Positions 46,158-55,810 are shown, numbered from the stretch's first letter. The stretch: DNA of 64,000 bases from an uncultured Candidatus Saccharibacteria bacterium (GCA_964585475.1 CAZPDF010000001.1:81337-145336); one strand, 5' to 3'. Numbers and translations: made by a program. Notes: a model not told the origin generated them from the letters alone.

Positions 46158-46245
46158 GTCATTCTGAACGAAGTGAAGAATCTCGTTAACCAGACTTTTC
46201 TCGTTATACTGCCATCCGAGATCCTTCGCTAGCGCTCAGGATGAC
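46158..46245. repeat. Family-A palindromic element, intergenic
   Basis: GTCATTCTGAACGAAGTGAAGAATCTC...GAGATCCTTCGCTAGCGCTCAGGATGAC. Confidence 0.65.
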
Positions 46246-46326
46246 TAAACGCGTAAGTTCTATAACTGTTATGGTGGATCGTCTTTTTCGGTTGTTTTTT
46301 AGCCCCAAAATGCTATATTAAATGCT

Positions 46327-47634
46327 ATGTTTAAGGCGCAAAAGATAGCCGTTATTGGATTGTGGCATTTGGGGGAGACGTTTTCCGTGGGTCTTGCTGA
46401 ATTGGGACACAACGTAACGGGTTTCGATCCGAACCGCGAGGTTGTTGAGAATCTGGAGAAAGGTGTATTGCCGCTCGAGGAGCCCGGGCTTTCTGATCTG
46501 CTTAAGAAAAATCTTAAGGCAGGGCGTTTAAAATTCAGTACTGATTTTAGCGAGGTGGACAGTTGCAATGTTGTCTGGATCACTTTTGATACGCCGGTTA
46601 ATGACGAGGACGAGGCAGATATATCTGTGATATTAAAAACGGTTGAGGACATCCTGTCGTTCCTGCCCGACGGCGTCTTGATCATTTTGTCCAGTCAGTT
46701 GTCGGTCGGAACCTCGGGGCATATAAAAGAGATGATTAAAAAAGGCCGACCGTCTCTTAATTTTGACCTGGCTTACGTTCCGGAAAATCTGCAACTGGGT
46801 CGCGCATTGCAAAGTTTCTTTGAGCCGGAGCGAATTGTAATCGGGGCAGAAAATGAAAAAGTATTTTCTAATATTGAAAGCATCCTCGCGCTTCCCAACA
46901 CTATATTTTTGAGAATGAATTTGGCTTCGGCCGAAGTCGCTAAACACGCCCTGAATGCATTTTTAGCTACCTCGCTCACATTTATTTATGACATTGCTGA
47001 TCTTTGCGAGAAAGTGGGGGCAGATGTTGTGGAAGTTGCCCGCGCTCTTCGTTTGGATCCGCGCATCGGGCCCAGCGCTTACTTGGACGCCTCTATCGGC
47101 TTCTCAGGGGGAACGCTCGGCCGGGATCTTCAAGCCCTTTTGAAAAGAGCTAAGGAAGAGAGCGTTGAATTGCCTGTCATTGCGAGCGTTCTTGCCAAAA
47201 ACAAGTCGCGGCGCGATCTGGTTATAAAAGTGTTGGAGAGGGGTCTGGGGGATTTAGAAGGCAAGACCGTGGGGATCCTCGGCCTTACCTATAAAGCAGG
47301 AACCCCAACTTTAAGGAGGTCTTTGGCTCTTGAGATAGCCGGCAAGCTTAAGGAGGCGGGGGTTATCGTCCGCGCCTCCGATCCACAGGCACGGCGTGAG
47401 GAAGTAAGGAATAAAGGCATCGTTTTTTTCGCCGACCCCTACGAGATGGCGCGAGGCTGCGAAGCCCTGATTTTGGTAACCGCCTGGCCGCAGTTTGGGG
47501 AGATAGACCCGGCAAAACTCCGGGAATTATTGGAAGATCCCAAAATATTTTTTGACACCCGTAATTTTTTAAAAGGAAAAGAAAAAGAGTTTAAAGATGC
47601 CGGGATAAAGTATATTGGTATTGGCCGAGGTTAG
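46327..47634 (+). CDS. ugd: UDP-glucose/GDP-mannose 6-dehydrogenase family nucleotide-sugar dehydrogenase
   Basis: 'IAVIGLWHLGE' NAD-binding. 'GFSGGTLGRD' catalytic-region-like. C-terminal UDP-binding domain. Confidence 0.75.
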   Translation: MFKAQKIAVIGLWHLGETFSVGLAELGHNVTGFDPNREVVENLEKGVLPLEEPGLSDLLKKNLKAGRLKFSTDFSEVDSCNVVWITFDTPVNDEDEADISVILKTVEDILSFLPDGVLIILSSQLSVGTSGHIKEMIKKGRPSLNFDLAYVPENLQLGRALQSFFEPERIVIGAENEKVFSNIESILALPNTIFLRMNLASAEVAKHALNAFLATSLTFIYDIADLCEKVGADVVEVARALRLDPRIGPSAYLDASIGFSGGTLGRDLQALLKRAKEESVELPVIASVLAKNKSRRDLVIKVLERGLGDLEGKTVGILGLTYKAGTPTLRRSLALEIAGKLKEAGVIVRASDPQARREEVRNKGIVFFADPYEMARGCEALILVTAWPQFGEIDPAKLRELLEDPKIFFDTRNFLKGKEKEFKDAGIKYIGIGRG

Positions 47635-47642
47635 ATTTAAGG

Positions 47643-47780
47643 GCGTCGTTTACACTTTTTCGACACGTCTCGCGGATTCCAGCGATCCGCTCGCTAAGGG
47701 TCGGCAACGGTTTCGTCCCGACTAGTCGGGACGAACCAAGCAACCGTCGTCTCCCATTGTCGAAAAAGTGTAAGCAACGC
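47643..47780. repeat. Family-C MITE-like element with roughly 22-bp terminal inverted repeats (GCGTCGTTTACACTTTTTCGACA...TGTCGAAAAAGTGTAAGCAACGC)
   Basis: GC-rich interior with the perfect hairpin GTCCCGACTAGTCGGGAC. The terminal inverted repeats are related to the element at 57845..58265. Confidence 0.6.
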
Positions 47781-47793
47781 TCGCTGTTCTTAG

Positions 47794-48645
47794 ATGATGC
47801 TAAAGAATAAAAAAGCGATTATAACCGGAGGAGGTCGGGGAATTGGCAAGGCGGTGGCTGAAGCATTCGCTAAAGAAGGAGCGGATATTTTGTTGATTTC
47901 CCGTACCCGACAGGAGCTGGAGGCGACTAGTCGCGAATTGAGTCGTCAGGACCAGAGCGTAATAGTCGAGTCAGCCGATGTATCTAAAGTGGAGGACGTA
48001 GAAAACATCCGTAGAATTGTGCAAGAATCCTGGGGCCGAGTTGATATTTTAGTGAATGCGGCCGGCATATACGGACCCATAGGTTGCCTGGAGGATCTTG
48101 ATCTAGAGAATTGGATGCAAACTTTTTCGGTAAATATTTTCGGCACCGTACTTATGTGCCGTATGGCGCTGCCATTTATGAAAAAGCAAAAATGGGGGAG
48201 GATTATTAATTTTTCCGGAGGAGGTGAAGGCCCTCTGCCTAGATTCACCGCTTACTCTTCGTCCAAGGGAGCGGTGGTAAGGTTCACGGAGTCCTTGAAT
48301 GAGGAGGTCAAGGGGGACAATATTTGTGTAAACGCCATAACTCCCGGGCCCGTAAATACTGCCTTTTTGGAGGAGGTGCTCAAGGCCGGTTCGGAGCATG
48401 CAGGGGAAGATTTTTATCGCCAGGCCTTGGAGCAAAAAAAAGAGGGCGGGATTCCTCCGGAAAAAGCTGCGCGGCTTTGCTTATTTTTAGCAGGCGAGGA
48501 GGCCCACGGAATTGGCGGCAAAGTTTTGAGTGCCGTCTGGGATAATTGGCAGGATATTCCTAAGCATTTGAAGGAAATCATGGGATCGGATATATATAAT
48601 TTTAGAAGGATTAAACCAAGTGATCGCGGATATACCGGGTGGTGA
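47794..48645 (+). CDS. SDR-family oxidoreductase
   Basis: 'ITGGGRGIGKAVAEAF'. 'YSSSKGAV' YxxxK. Confidence 0.7.
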   Translation: MMLKNKKAIITGGGRGIGKAVAEAFAKEGADILLISRTRQELEATSRELSRQDQSVIVESADVSKVEDVENIRRIVQESWGRVDILVNAAGIYGPIGCLEDLDLENWMQTFSVNIFGTVLMCRMALPFMKKQKWGRIINFSGGGEGPLPRFTAYSSSKGAVVRFTESLNEEVKGDNICVNAITPGPVNTAFLEEVLKAGSEHAGEDFYRQALEQKKEGGIPPEKAARLCLFLAGEEAHGIGGKVLSAVWDNWQDIPKHLKEIMGSDIYNFRRIKPSDRGYTGW

Positions 48646-48646
48646 A

Positions 48647-48825
48647 CCCCGTTAGAAGTCTCAGCCCGTCCGAAAACTGTCATCCTGAGTGCTAACGAAG
48701 GATCTCTACCGTAGAAAATGGCTTAAATATTAGATTCTTCGCTTCGCTCAGAATGACAAAAATGTATTTTTAGGAGTTTTCGGACGGGCTGAGCAGATGC
48801 CTGCGGCATCTGACTTCTAACGGGG
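48647..48825. repeat. Composite nested palindromic element: family-B outer arms, a second inner inverted repeat (TCAGCCCGTCCGAAAAC/GTTTTCGGACGGGCTGA) and a family-A element at the core (48679..48755)
   Basis: Outer arms CCCCGTTAGAAGTC / GACTTCTAACGGGG. Inner family-A arms GTCATCCTGAGTGCTAACGAAGGATCTC / AGATTCTTCGCTTCGCTCAGAATGAC. Confidence 0.65.
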
Positions 48826-48833
48826 TGAAAATT

Positions 48834-49847
48834 ATGGCTGGTCATAAAAATAGAATAAATGTGGTGTTGGTTGGTGCGGGCGGTATGGGCCGGCGGTGGG
48901 CCGGTGTTGTGGCGAATCATAGTGCCGCGCGACTCGGCGCAGTAATTGATATTGATCTCAAAAAAGCGGAGGATCTTGCTAAAAATTTTGGCGCGAAGTC
49001 CTATAGTTCCCTGGAGGATTTAAAAAATATGCCGGATATAGATGCGGCGGTTATCGCTCTTCCCAATAAGTTCCTCGCCGAAGCAAGCAAATTTGCTCTT
49101 CTATCCGGCAAGCATGTTTTGGTGGAAAAGCCCGGGGCGACGTCCGTTCGGGAATTGCAGGAAGTGCTTGATCTTGCCTTGTCTCGAGACCTACGGATAG
49201 CCGTCAGTTACAATCACCGCTTTCATCCAGGGCCCAGGGAGGCAAGAAAATTGCTGGACAGCGGGTTTCTGGGGGAGCTTATGTTTATCCGGGCCCTTTA
49301 CGGTTTTGGCGGGCGCCCGGGATATGAGAAAGAGTGGCGTCACTCCCGGGAAATTTCTGGCGGGGGGGAGCTGATTGATCAGGGTGTGCATTTGATTGAT
49401 TTAGCCCGCTGGTTTCTGGGGGACGTGGCAGACGCCAAGGGTTTTATTGAAAGTGCTTTTTGGAAGTCCGAAGTTGAAGACAACGCTTTCCTGTTACTTA
49501 AAAATAAGGAAGGCAAGATTGCTTCTCTGCATGCTTCTTGGTCGCAGTGGAAGCCGACTCATACCCTCGAGATATACGGAACCGAGGGTTACGCTATAGT
49601 TGAGGGTCTTGGAAAAAAATATGGCGGACAAGAACGGGTTTTTTATGCGAAGCGCAAGGCGGATTTTTCTTTGCCCGAGGAAAACGTCATTGAATGCGAC
49701 AATGATGCGGATAAATCTCTATCGCGAGTCCTTGATGAATTTATCTCCTCTATTCAAGAGAAAAGAGAACCAAGCCCCGGCTCAAAAGACGCGCTTGAGG
49801 TTTTGAAGATCGTAGAAAAAGTTTACAATGACGTAGGGTCGCGCTAA
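48834..49847 (+). CDS. Gfo/Idh/MocA-family oxidoreductase (WbpB-like sugar dehydrogenase)
   Basis: 'INVVLVGAGGMGRRW'. 'HVLVEKP'. ATG at 48834 (the track starts at the GTG at 48825 inside the repeat). Confidence 0.7.
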   Translation: MAGHKNRINVVLVGAGGMGRRWAGVVANHSAARLGAVIDIDLKKAEDLAKNFGAKSYSSLEDLKNMPDIDAAVIALPNKFLAEASKFALLSGKHVLVEKPGATSVRELQEVLDLALSRDLRIAVSYNHRFHPGPREARKLLDSGFLGELMFIRALYGFGGRPGYEKEWRHSREISGGGELIDQGVHLIDLARWFLGDVADAKGFIESAFWKSEVEDNAFLLLKNKEGKIASLHASWSQWKPTHTLEIYGTEGYAIVEGLGKKYGGQERVFYAKRKADFSLPEENVIECDNDADKSLSRVLDEFISSIQEKREPSPGSKDALEVLKIVEKVYNDVGSR

Positions 49848-49874
49848 TAGATTAATTTGTCTGACAACCTTGTT

Positions 49875-50810
49875 ATGATTTCCATTGTATTTCCAGCCTA
49901 TAATGAGGAGGATAACGTTGCGGAACTGCATCGGCAGATTGTGGCGTCCATGCGACTTCAGAAGGACTCCTACGAGATTATAGCCATTGATAACGGTTCA
50001 ACGGACAAGACGTTAGCGCGCCTTAAGGGGCTTTCTCCCATAAAAATTATTGTATTTCCCAGAAACTTCGGGCAGACCTCGGCCTTGGATGCGGGAATTC
50101 ATTCGGCGCGGGGAGACATAATAGTGACTCTGGATGCTGATTTGCAAAATGACCCTGCAGACATTCCCCGCCTTATCGAGAAACTTGACGAGGGGTATGA
50201 CTGCGTGGTCGGTTGGAGAAAGAGTCGGCATGATTCTTTGGGAAGAGTGATACTTTCTCGCGCGGCCAATTGGCTTACCCGGCGGGTGAGCGGGCTCGAC
50301 CTCCACGATTTTGCCTGCGCTCTTAAAGCATTCAAAAAAGAATACATGAAAGATGTTCATTTATACGGCGAGATGCATGTTTTTCTGCCGGCGATTTTAT
50401 TTGCCCGCGGAGCGAAGATTGCCGAGATTCCCGTGCGGCATAGCGAGAGGAAGCATGGCGTCTCAAAGCACTATTTTTTTAAGGCCGTAAAAGACATTGC
50501 CGACCTTTTCACAGTTAAGTTCCTTTTTAGCTACACGGCGCGTCCCCTTATATTTTTTGGCGGGCCGGGGATCTTGAGCGTGTTGCTCGCCTTTGCATTT
50601 GCCGCATTGGCGGTTATATCAACTTTTATGGAAGGAATTCATATTATAGAATCTCCCTATACCTATTTAGCCATGACTTTTTTTCTGGCCGGTTTCATTC
50701 TGCTCATGATGGGATTTATGGTGGAGATGCTGGTACGCGTGTATTATGAGGGGCGCTATATGCTGCCTTATGTGGTAAGCGATATAGTAGAGAATAAACC
50801 CCGCCCTTGA
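49875..50810 (+). CDS. GT2-family polyprenyl-phosphate glycosyltransferase with C-terminal TM helices (GtrB/ArnC-like)
   Basis: 'ISIVFPAYNEEDNV'. 'IIAIDNGSTDKT'. 'LDADLQNDP'. Two C-terminal TMs. Confidence 0.75.
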   Translation: MISIVFPAYNEEDNVAELHRQIVASMRLQKDSYEIIAIDNGSTDKTLARLKGLSPIKIIVFPRNFGQTSALDAGIHSARGDIIVTLDADLQNDPADIPRLIEKLDEGYDCVVGWRKSRHDSLGRVILSRAANWLTRRVSGLDLHDFACALKAFKKEYMKDVHLYGEMHVFLPAILFARGAKIAEIPVRHSERKHGVSKHYFFKAVKDIADLFTVKFLFSYTARPLIFFGGPGILSVLLAFAFAALAVISTFMEGIHIIESPYTYLAMTFFLAGFILLMMGFMVEMLVRVYYEGRYMLPYVVSDIVENKPRP

Positions 50811-50886
50811 TTGTGGAGCATTAAGCCCTGCTGTAAGGACTACTATCAACGCTTCGGTAATCCTGCGTCACGACCGCGAGACATTC

Positions 50887-50913
50887 ACCCCGCCCTTTTC
50901 CGAAAGGGCGGGG
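50887..50913 (+). terminator. Terminator-like hairpin (CCCCGCCCTTTTCCGAAAGGGCGGGG) inside the family-D GC-rich motif
   Basis: Perfect 10-bp stem. There is no strong T-run, so confidence is low. Confidence 0.35.
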
Positions 50914-50964
50914 TTCAAGAGCGGGGTAAAGAAAAAGTTTAAGACAACAATTTTTTACCGGAAA

Positions 50965-51708
50965 ATGGAAGAATATGAATATAGTAATTTGGCGCGTAGA
51001 GAATCTTTCTATTTTTGGAATATAGGCAGGAGAGAGATTCTGCGGGATGCGTTGCGGAGGCACCTTTCCCCTTCTTTGACGCGCGAGATCTTGGACATAG
51101 GATGCGGCCCCGGCGGAAACATTTTGATTTTGCAGGAATTCGGACGGGTGACCGGCCTCGATATATCGGAATCGGCTCTTTCTTTTGCCAAAAACCGGGG
51201 CTTTGCCCGGTTGATTAGCGCTTCGGCCGAGAATATTCCTTTTCCGGATGCATCTTTTGATATGGTGAGCGCCTTAGATATGTTGGAACATGTTGAAGAA
51301 CAAGAAAAAGTTCTGGCGGGTGCGTTCAGGATTTTAAAGACCGGCGGGATCTTTTTGGTAACTGTTCCCGCGCATCCTTGGCTTTGGAGCGCTCATGATG
51401 AGGCCCTGCACCATCTTAGGAGATATGCGCAAAAAGACATAATTCTCAAATTGGAGAAGGCGGGTTTTCGGGTGCTCGAAAAAAGCCATTTTGTAACCGT
51501 GGCTGTTCTGGTGAATTATTTGCGGTTGTTTCGTGATAAGATTTTTTCCGGCGCTCAAAAAAAGGATAAAGCTAAGACCTATGACGTCGAATTTCCGGTT
51601 CTTCTTAATTCCCTGCTTTTATTTATCTTGCGCTGTGAGAAAGTATTTATCAGATTTTTCTCGATCCCACTGGGAAGTTCTCTTATGTTGGTCGTCCAAA
51701 AACCATGA
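50965..51708 (+). CDS. Class I SAM-dependent methyltransferase
   Basis: 'ILDIGCGPGGN'. 'LKTGGIFLVTVP'. Confidence 0.6.
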   Translation: MEEYEYSNLARRESFYFWNIGRREILRDALRRHLSPSLTREILDIGCGPGGNILILQEFGRVTGLDISESALSFAKNRGFARLISASAENIPFPDASFDMVSALDMLEHVEEQEKVLAGAFRILKTGGIFLVTVPAHPWLWSAHDEALHHLRRYAQKDIILKLEKAGFRVLEKSHFVTVAVLVNYLRLFRDKIFSGAQKKDKAKTYDVEFPVLLNSLLLFILRCEKVFIRFFSIPLGSSLMLVVQKP

Positions 51709-51710
51709 GT

Positions 51711-51826
51711 CCCGTTAGAAGCCGCGATCGCATATCAAAAATAACAAATATCTATAATGTACAACACTTTAGTTATAAATAACCCACGTGGATCGGATCA
51801 CTTGATCGCGATCTGCTTCTAACGGG
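51711..51826. repeat. Family-B-variant palindromic element (CCCGTTAGAAGC...GCTTCTAACGGG) with nested inner inverted repeat (CGCGATCG) and an AT-rich core containing TATAAT
   Basis: 12-bp terminal inverted repeats. Fills the intergenic gap exactly between the methyltransferase stop and the GT39 start. Confidence 0.6.
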
Positions 51827-53344
51827 ATGAGATTAGAAAAAAAAGAGGCGTTCCTCATCATTTTTACGATCGTTTCCGTGTCAGCTCTATTTTTGCTGAT
51901 TTATTTTTATTTCGGTCCGGAAAATTATTACTGGGGCGGATTTGACTTCATAGAGTACGACATCCTAGGAAAGAATCTCGCTGAAGGCAACGGTTTTTCT
52001 TTGCGGGAGGCGCCTCCTTATTTGCCGAGCGCCACCCGTCTGCCCGGCTACCCGCTGCTGCTCGCTTTATCCAAAATACTAATTGGCAGCAACGTTTTGG
52101 TTTTGGCGCTGCAGATCATTTTTCTTGGCTTGATTGCTCTCCTAACTTATAGAATTTCGTTTTACCTTTTTTCCAGTGTAACTCTTTCGATGCTAGCGGC
52201 TTTGTTTATGGTTTTTGACCCGGACCATCTTCTTAATACTTTAATGCTTATGAGCGATTTGATTGCCGCTGGATTTTTACTGCTCTCTTTATATTTTTTG
52301 CTTAAATTTGCGGAGCGTAATCCGCCGAGCGAAGGAGAGGCGGGGTTTAAATATTTCTATTTAGCCGTAGCAAGTTTGGTTCTTTCGTCTTTCATAAGAC
52401 CCACGCCGCTATTGCTGATTTTCTTGTACGGCTCTATGTTTTTATGGGTTAGTTTCCGAATCAAAGTTCCAATGCGAAAAATCATTTATGGCGGGTGCTT
52501 AGTGTTTTTGATCGTAGCGCTCCCTTTTGGTTTCTGGCTTGGACGCAATTATAAAGCTTTTGGCATATTGTCTCTGACCTCTTCCGGCGGAATAGCACAG
52601 TTTCTCTCCATCTCCCCTGCGGTAAGAGCCCTTGGAGAGGGCATATCTCAAGGGGAAGCAAGGAAGAGGTCCTTTGCGGAATTTCGCAGAGAAATGAATT
52701 TGGAGCCGTTTCCCGACTTTCCCAATGTTTTTTATAGGCAGGACCTTGACTCGCTGACCTGGTTTATGATCACGGAGAATTTTTCCTACGGTGATTGGGC
52801 CTTGAAACATGCGCGTGCCATTTTCCGCAAATACCCCGGAGAGTATTTAAGGGTTTCTGCCGTATCGGGCCTTGACTTTCTTACCGAGGCCAACTGGTCT
52901 AATTTATTGGAGCAGTACGGCCTGCTTCGTTTTTACGATCGGCCCTCGCAGCCCTTGCGCGAGATTTTAGCCATGGCCAATTGGGGGGAGTTGGGATCGG
53001 CCCTGAAGGAAAGATTTTTTTGCAGTTTTAGATGCGTAACGGCTTTTATTCTGACAACCATAGGCAGAGTTTATTGGATAGCGATGACTATCGGCGCGGT
53101 TTTTGGCTTTTATTATTTTTTCCGCGACCGGAAATTAATTAATAAAAGATTGCCTGCACTGATTATTTTATTCTGCATTCTTTATACGGTGGCAGTACAC
53201 GTTTATTTAATTGGACCGTCTACCCAGCCGCGCTATCGTCTGCCTATAGCGCCCTTCCTCGTCATGTTCGGCTTGTACGGAGTGTGGTTTATGAAGAAGC
53301 GGATTTTTACAAAACGCGCGCTTGACGAATTTCAAATAGTGTGA
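51827..53344 (+). CDS. GT39/ArnT-like integral-membrane glycosyltransferase
   Basis: Multi-TM. 'LGKNLAEGNGFSL' N-region similar to 27149(-) 'LTAKNIVAGNGFSGS'. Confidence 0.5.
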   Translation: MRLEKKEAFLIIFTIVSVSALFLLIYFYFGPENYYWGGFDFIEYDILGKNLAEGNGFSLREAPPYLPSATRLPGYPLLLALSKILIGSNVLVLALQIIFLGLIALLTYRISFYLFSSVTLSMLAALFMVFDPDHLLNTLMLMSDLIAAGFLLLSLYFLLKFAERNPPSEGEAGFKYFYLAVASLVLSSFIRPTPLLLIFLYGSMFLWVSFRIKVPMRKIIYGGCLVFLIVALPFGFWLGRNYKAFGILSLTSSGGIAQFLSISPAVRALGEGISQGEARKRSFAEFRREMNLEPFPDFPNVFYRQDLDSLTWFMITENFSYGDWALKHARAIFRKYPGEYLRVSAVSGLDFLTEANWSNLLEQYGLLRFYDRPSQPLREILAMANWGELGSALKERFFCSFRCVTAFILTTIGRVYWIAMTIGAVFGFYYFFRDRKLINKRLPALIILFCILYTVAVHVYLIGPSTQPRYRLPIAPFLVMFGLYGVWFMKKRIFTKRALDEFQIV

Positions 53345-53377
53345 TAGCGTCACCCCAGTACACTAGAGGATTGATAT

Positions 53378-53782
53378 ATGGATCAGCTTCTAATTGCGGT
53401 AGTTGCATGGGCACTCAGCAATTTCTTTATGAAGCTCTCATTGTTTTATCTCAACGGAATCTCTGCAGTGAGCTGGCAGGTTTTGGGAATTATAGTAATG
53501 ATGAGTTTCATCCTTGGGTGGGAAGGTTTTAGCATCGAGCGAAATGTTCGTGGAGCGTCTTGGGCTTTTGCCTCTGGATTACTCACTATATTTGCTGCAT
53601 ACATTTTCTGGCAAGCTCTTCGATCAATAAAACTATCCGTTGCGATGCCCTTTGTAACATTAAACTACGGATTGACTGCGCTTTTGGGCATCGCTATTCT
53701 TCGCGAAGCCCTCATGCCTATACAGTTGGCTGGGGGTGCACTTATGCTGATTGGCGCAGTACTATTAAGTATGCAAAAATAA
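53378..53782 (+). CDS. Small 4-TM EamA/SMR-like transporter (ArnE/ArnF-like lipid-linked sugar flippase subunit)
   Basis: 134 aa with four hydrophobic helices. Immediately downstream of the ArnT-like gene. Confidence 0.45.
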   Translation: MDQLLIAVVAWALSNFFMKLSLFYLNGISAVSWQVLGIIVMMSFILGWEGFSIERNVRGASWAFASGLLTIFAAYIFWQALRSIKLSVAMPFVTLNYGLTALLGIAILREALMPIQLAGGALMLIGAVLLSMQK

Positions 53783-53870
53783 AAAATACGGGCTCTGCCC
53801 GTTTTTGTTTTTTACCCCGTTTCGTTCTATACTGAAATATACTCAGCAAATTATTTTGATAGAATGCAAA

Positions 53871-53926
53871 CCCCGTTACTTGACCGCAGTCGAGTCAGAC
53901 TCGACCACAGGGCATTCAAGTAACGG
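53871..53926. repeat. Family-B-variant palindromic element (CCCCGTTACTTGA...TCAAGTAACGG) with inner hairpin GTCGAGTCAGACTCGAC
   Basis: Lies in the 5' leader of the IMPase-family gene. Confidence 0.55.
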
Positions 53927-53957
53927 AGTAAATAACTGCATTCTCAATAATTTCTTT

Positions 53958-54743
53958 ATGGACTACAAAAAGTTTATTCTGGGTCTTGCCAAAGAGGCAG
54001 GAACGGTTATTAAAAAAAACTTTACGCGCGGCATGAAAAAAGAATGGAAAGATGGCGTTTCGGTGGTTACCGAGACTGATCGCATCATAAATCAGATGGT
54101 TATTGACAGCGTGAAAAAAACCTTCCCAGGGCATAGTATTCTTGCCGAGGAGAACAGTGATTTATCCGGTGATAATGAATTTATTTGGGTATGCGATCCA
54201 GTAGACGGGACAAAACCATTTGCACATGCCATACCCACTTGTGTATTTTCACTGGCTCTTACGCGACGAGGACAGAGTATCGCGGGAGCCGTCTACGATC
54301 CATTCATGGAAAGAATGTTTTTTGCGGAAAAAAATAAAGGAGCCTCTTTGAACGAAGAAAAGATAAAAGTTTCTTCGCAAAATACAATTAAAAATTCCTT
54401 GTTTGGAGTCTGCTATGGATGGAGAGATGAACCATTTGATTTTTCCGCACTGGGCCAAGCGCTGAAAACCGAATCTGGAGAGATCATAGACGTAGGTTCA
54501 ATAACCTATATGGGCGTTTTGGTGGCAGCGGGTGAATTAGCGGGTACGATGTTTCAAGGCACTAAACCATACGACACCGCAGCGCTAAAAGTGATCGTGG
54601 AAGAAGCTGGCGGGAAAGTTACTGATCTTTTCGGCAATGACCAACGTTATGATAGAGACATTCGCGGGCACCTCATTTCAAACGGATTACTGCACGATCG
54701 ACTACTTGAGATGCTGCGTACAACAGTCAGAGAAATTGAATAA
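53958..54743 (+). CDS. Inositol-monophosphatase/CysQ-family phosphatase
   Basis: 'WVCDPVDGTKPF' (DPxDGT). 'ILAEENSD'. 'VTETDRIINQ'. Confidence 0.6.
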   Translation: MDYKKFILGLAKEAGTVIKKNFTRGMKKEWKDGVSVVTETDRIINQMVIDSVKKTFPGHSILAEENSDLSGDNEFIWVCDPVDGTKPFAHAIPTCVFSLALTRRGQSIAGAVYDPFMERMFFAEKNKGASLNEEKIKVSSQNTIKNSLFGVCYGWRDEPFDFSALGQALKTESGEIIDVGSITYMGVLVAAGELAGTMFQGTKPYDTAALKVIVEEAGGKVTDLFGNDQRYDRDIRGHLISNGLLHDRLLEMLRTTVREIE

Positions 54744-54850
54744 TAATACATATCTAAGTTTATCTGCTCGGGATAAATTCTCTTTACAGTTCTGGATAAC
54801 GAATCCTTGACTTTTTATCATAAAATCAGTACACTGCACACAGTTCTTCA

Positions 54851-55648
54851 TTGGGGCATGCCATGGAGCGAATGACTGCAATCGATAGAGAGATCCATAT
54901 GCTAACTGGCCATGTAAACGCCGGTAAATCTACTTATTTTGGGTTCTTGAGCAAATTGCCAGAATACCAAGGATCAGATGTCTTTAAGACTTCGACAGAC
55001 ACGGTTCGCGTGCGTCACTACGCCAACCGCGTCTCGCCTCCGGCAGAAGACAACACCCTTGGTCATCTTGCTCTTTATAATTTGCTTACCAACTGGGAAA
55101 CGTGCGTTTACAATGACGAGCTTTTGTACGTTGACACGGAACGGGCCGTCCTAGTAGATCAGGTGAACAAAGTATTGCTAGATACAGTGGTACGAAGCAG
55201 GAAACTGCATCAAAGAAAACTGGCAGACATGGTTAAAAGAGTCGAATATGGATTACGCCGGATTGAGAAAGAACTAGCGGCAAAACGCGGAGTATTACCG
55301 CCTGACCCGCCCTCAAAGGTGAATTTGCGCGTAGTGCTGCTCTTCTGTGACTTTGAGACTGCCAGACGTAGAATGCTAGCACGATTCGAGCACGCCGTGG
55401 AGAAGGAGCAGGCACTCGTTGCTCTTGCAGAAAGCATAATACCTTACGAGGTGCCTACTGCTTATCCGTTTCTTGCGATCGACACTTCGGACGAAAGTTC
55501 TTCTGCTTCCGAGAAAAGGAAGCTGGAAATACTGGACTTTTTTGCAGGTCATGCGCCCGACCTATCGCTAATGGCCGCGCGCGCAAAAGAAGCAAAACAA
55601 TGTATCGCTGCCGCTAAAATAACAGCTAGAAAATGGTTTAAGAAATAG
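54851..55648 (+). CDS. P-loop NTPase/kinase-like hypothetical protein
   Basis: Walker A 'GHVNAGKST' near the N-terminus. No further family assignment possible by eye. Confidence 0.3.
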   Translation: MGHAMERMTAIDREIHMLTGHVNAGKSTYFGFLSKLPEYQGSDVFKTSTDTVRVRHYANRVSPPAEDNTLGHLALYNLLTNWETCVYNDELLYVDTERAVLVDQVNKVLLDTVVRSRKLHQRKLADMVKRVEYGLRRIEKELAAKRGVLPPDPPSKVNLRVVLLFCDFETARRRMLARFEHAVEKEQALVALAESIIPYEVPTAYPFLAIDTSDESSSASEKRKLEILDFFAGHAPDLSLMAARAKEAKQCIAAAKITARKWFKK

Positions 55649-55751
55649 ATATCCCTTGAAGGAAAAACCTGCCTGTATTACCGGGCAGGATTTTTGTTAC
55701 TTAAAATATATGTGCTGTGTTGAGATATCTAAACGTATCCAGTAGGTGAGC

Positions 55752-55780
55752 TTGACAAGATGGCCGCTTTTTAGTATTAT
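55752..55780 (+). promoter_or_regulatory. Sigma70-like promoter TTGACA-17-TATTAT upstream of the second IMPase-family gene
   Basis: 'GAGCTTGACAAGATG' resembles the sequence at 42855 upstream of the hypothetical gene 42920. Confidence 0.4.
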
Positions 55781-55810
55781 CCGTAGAGTTCCACGTAGAG
55801 GTAAATATTC

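Noticed and set aside
48723-48920. The 65-aa minus-strand ORF (…HPVRSQMPQASAQP…HSERSEES).
   Set aside because: It sits entirely inside the composite palindromic element. Its peptide is just the repeat translated, and it has no independent coding signal.
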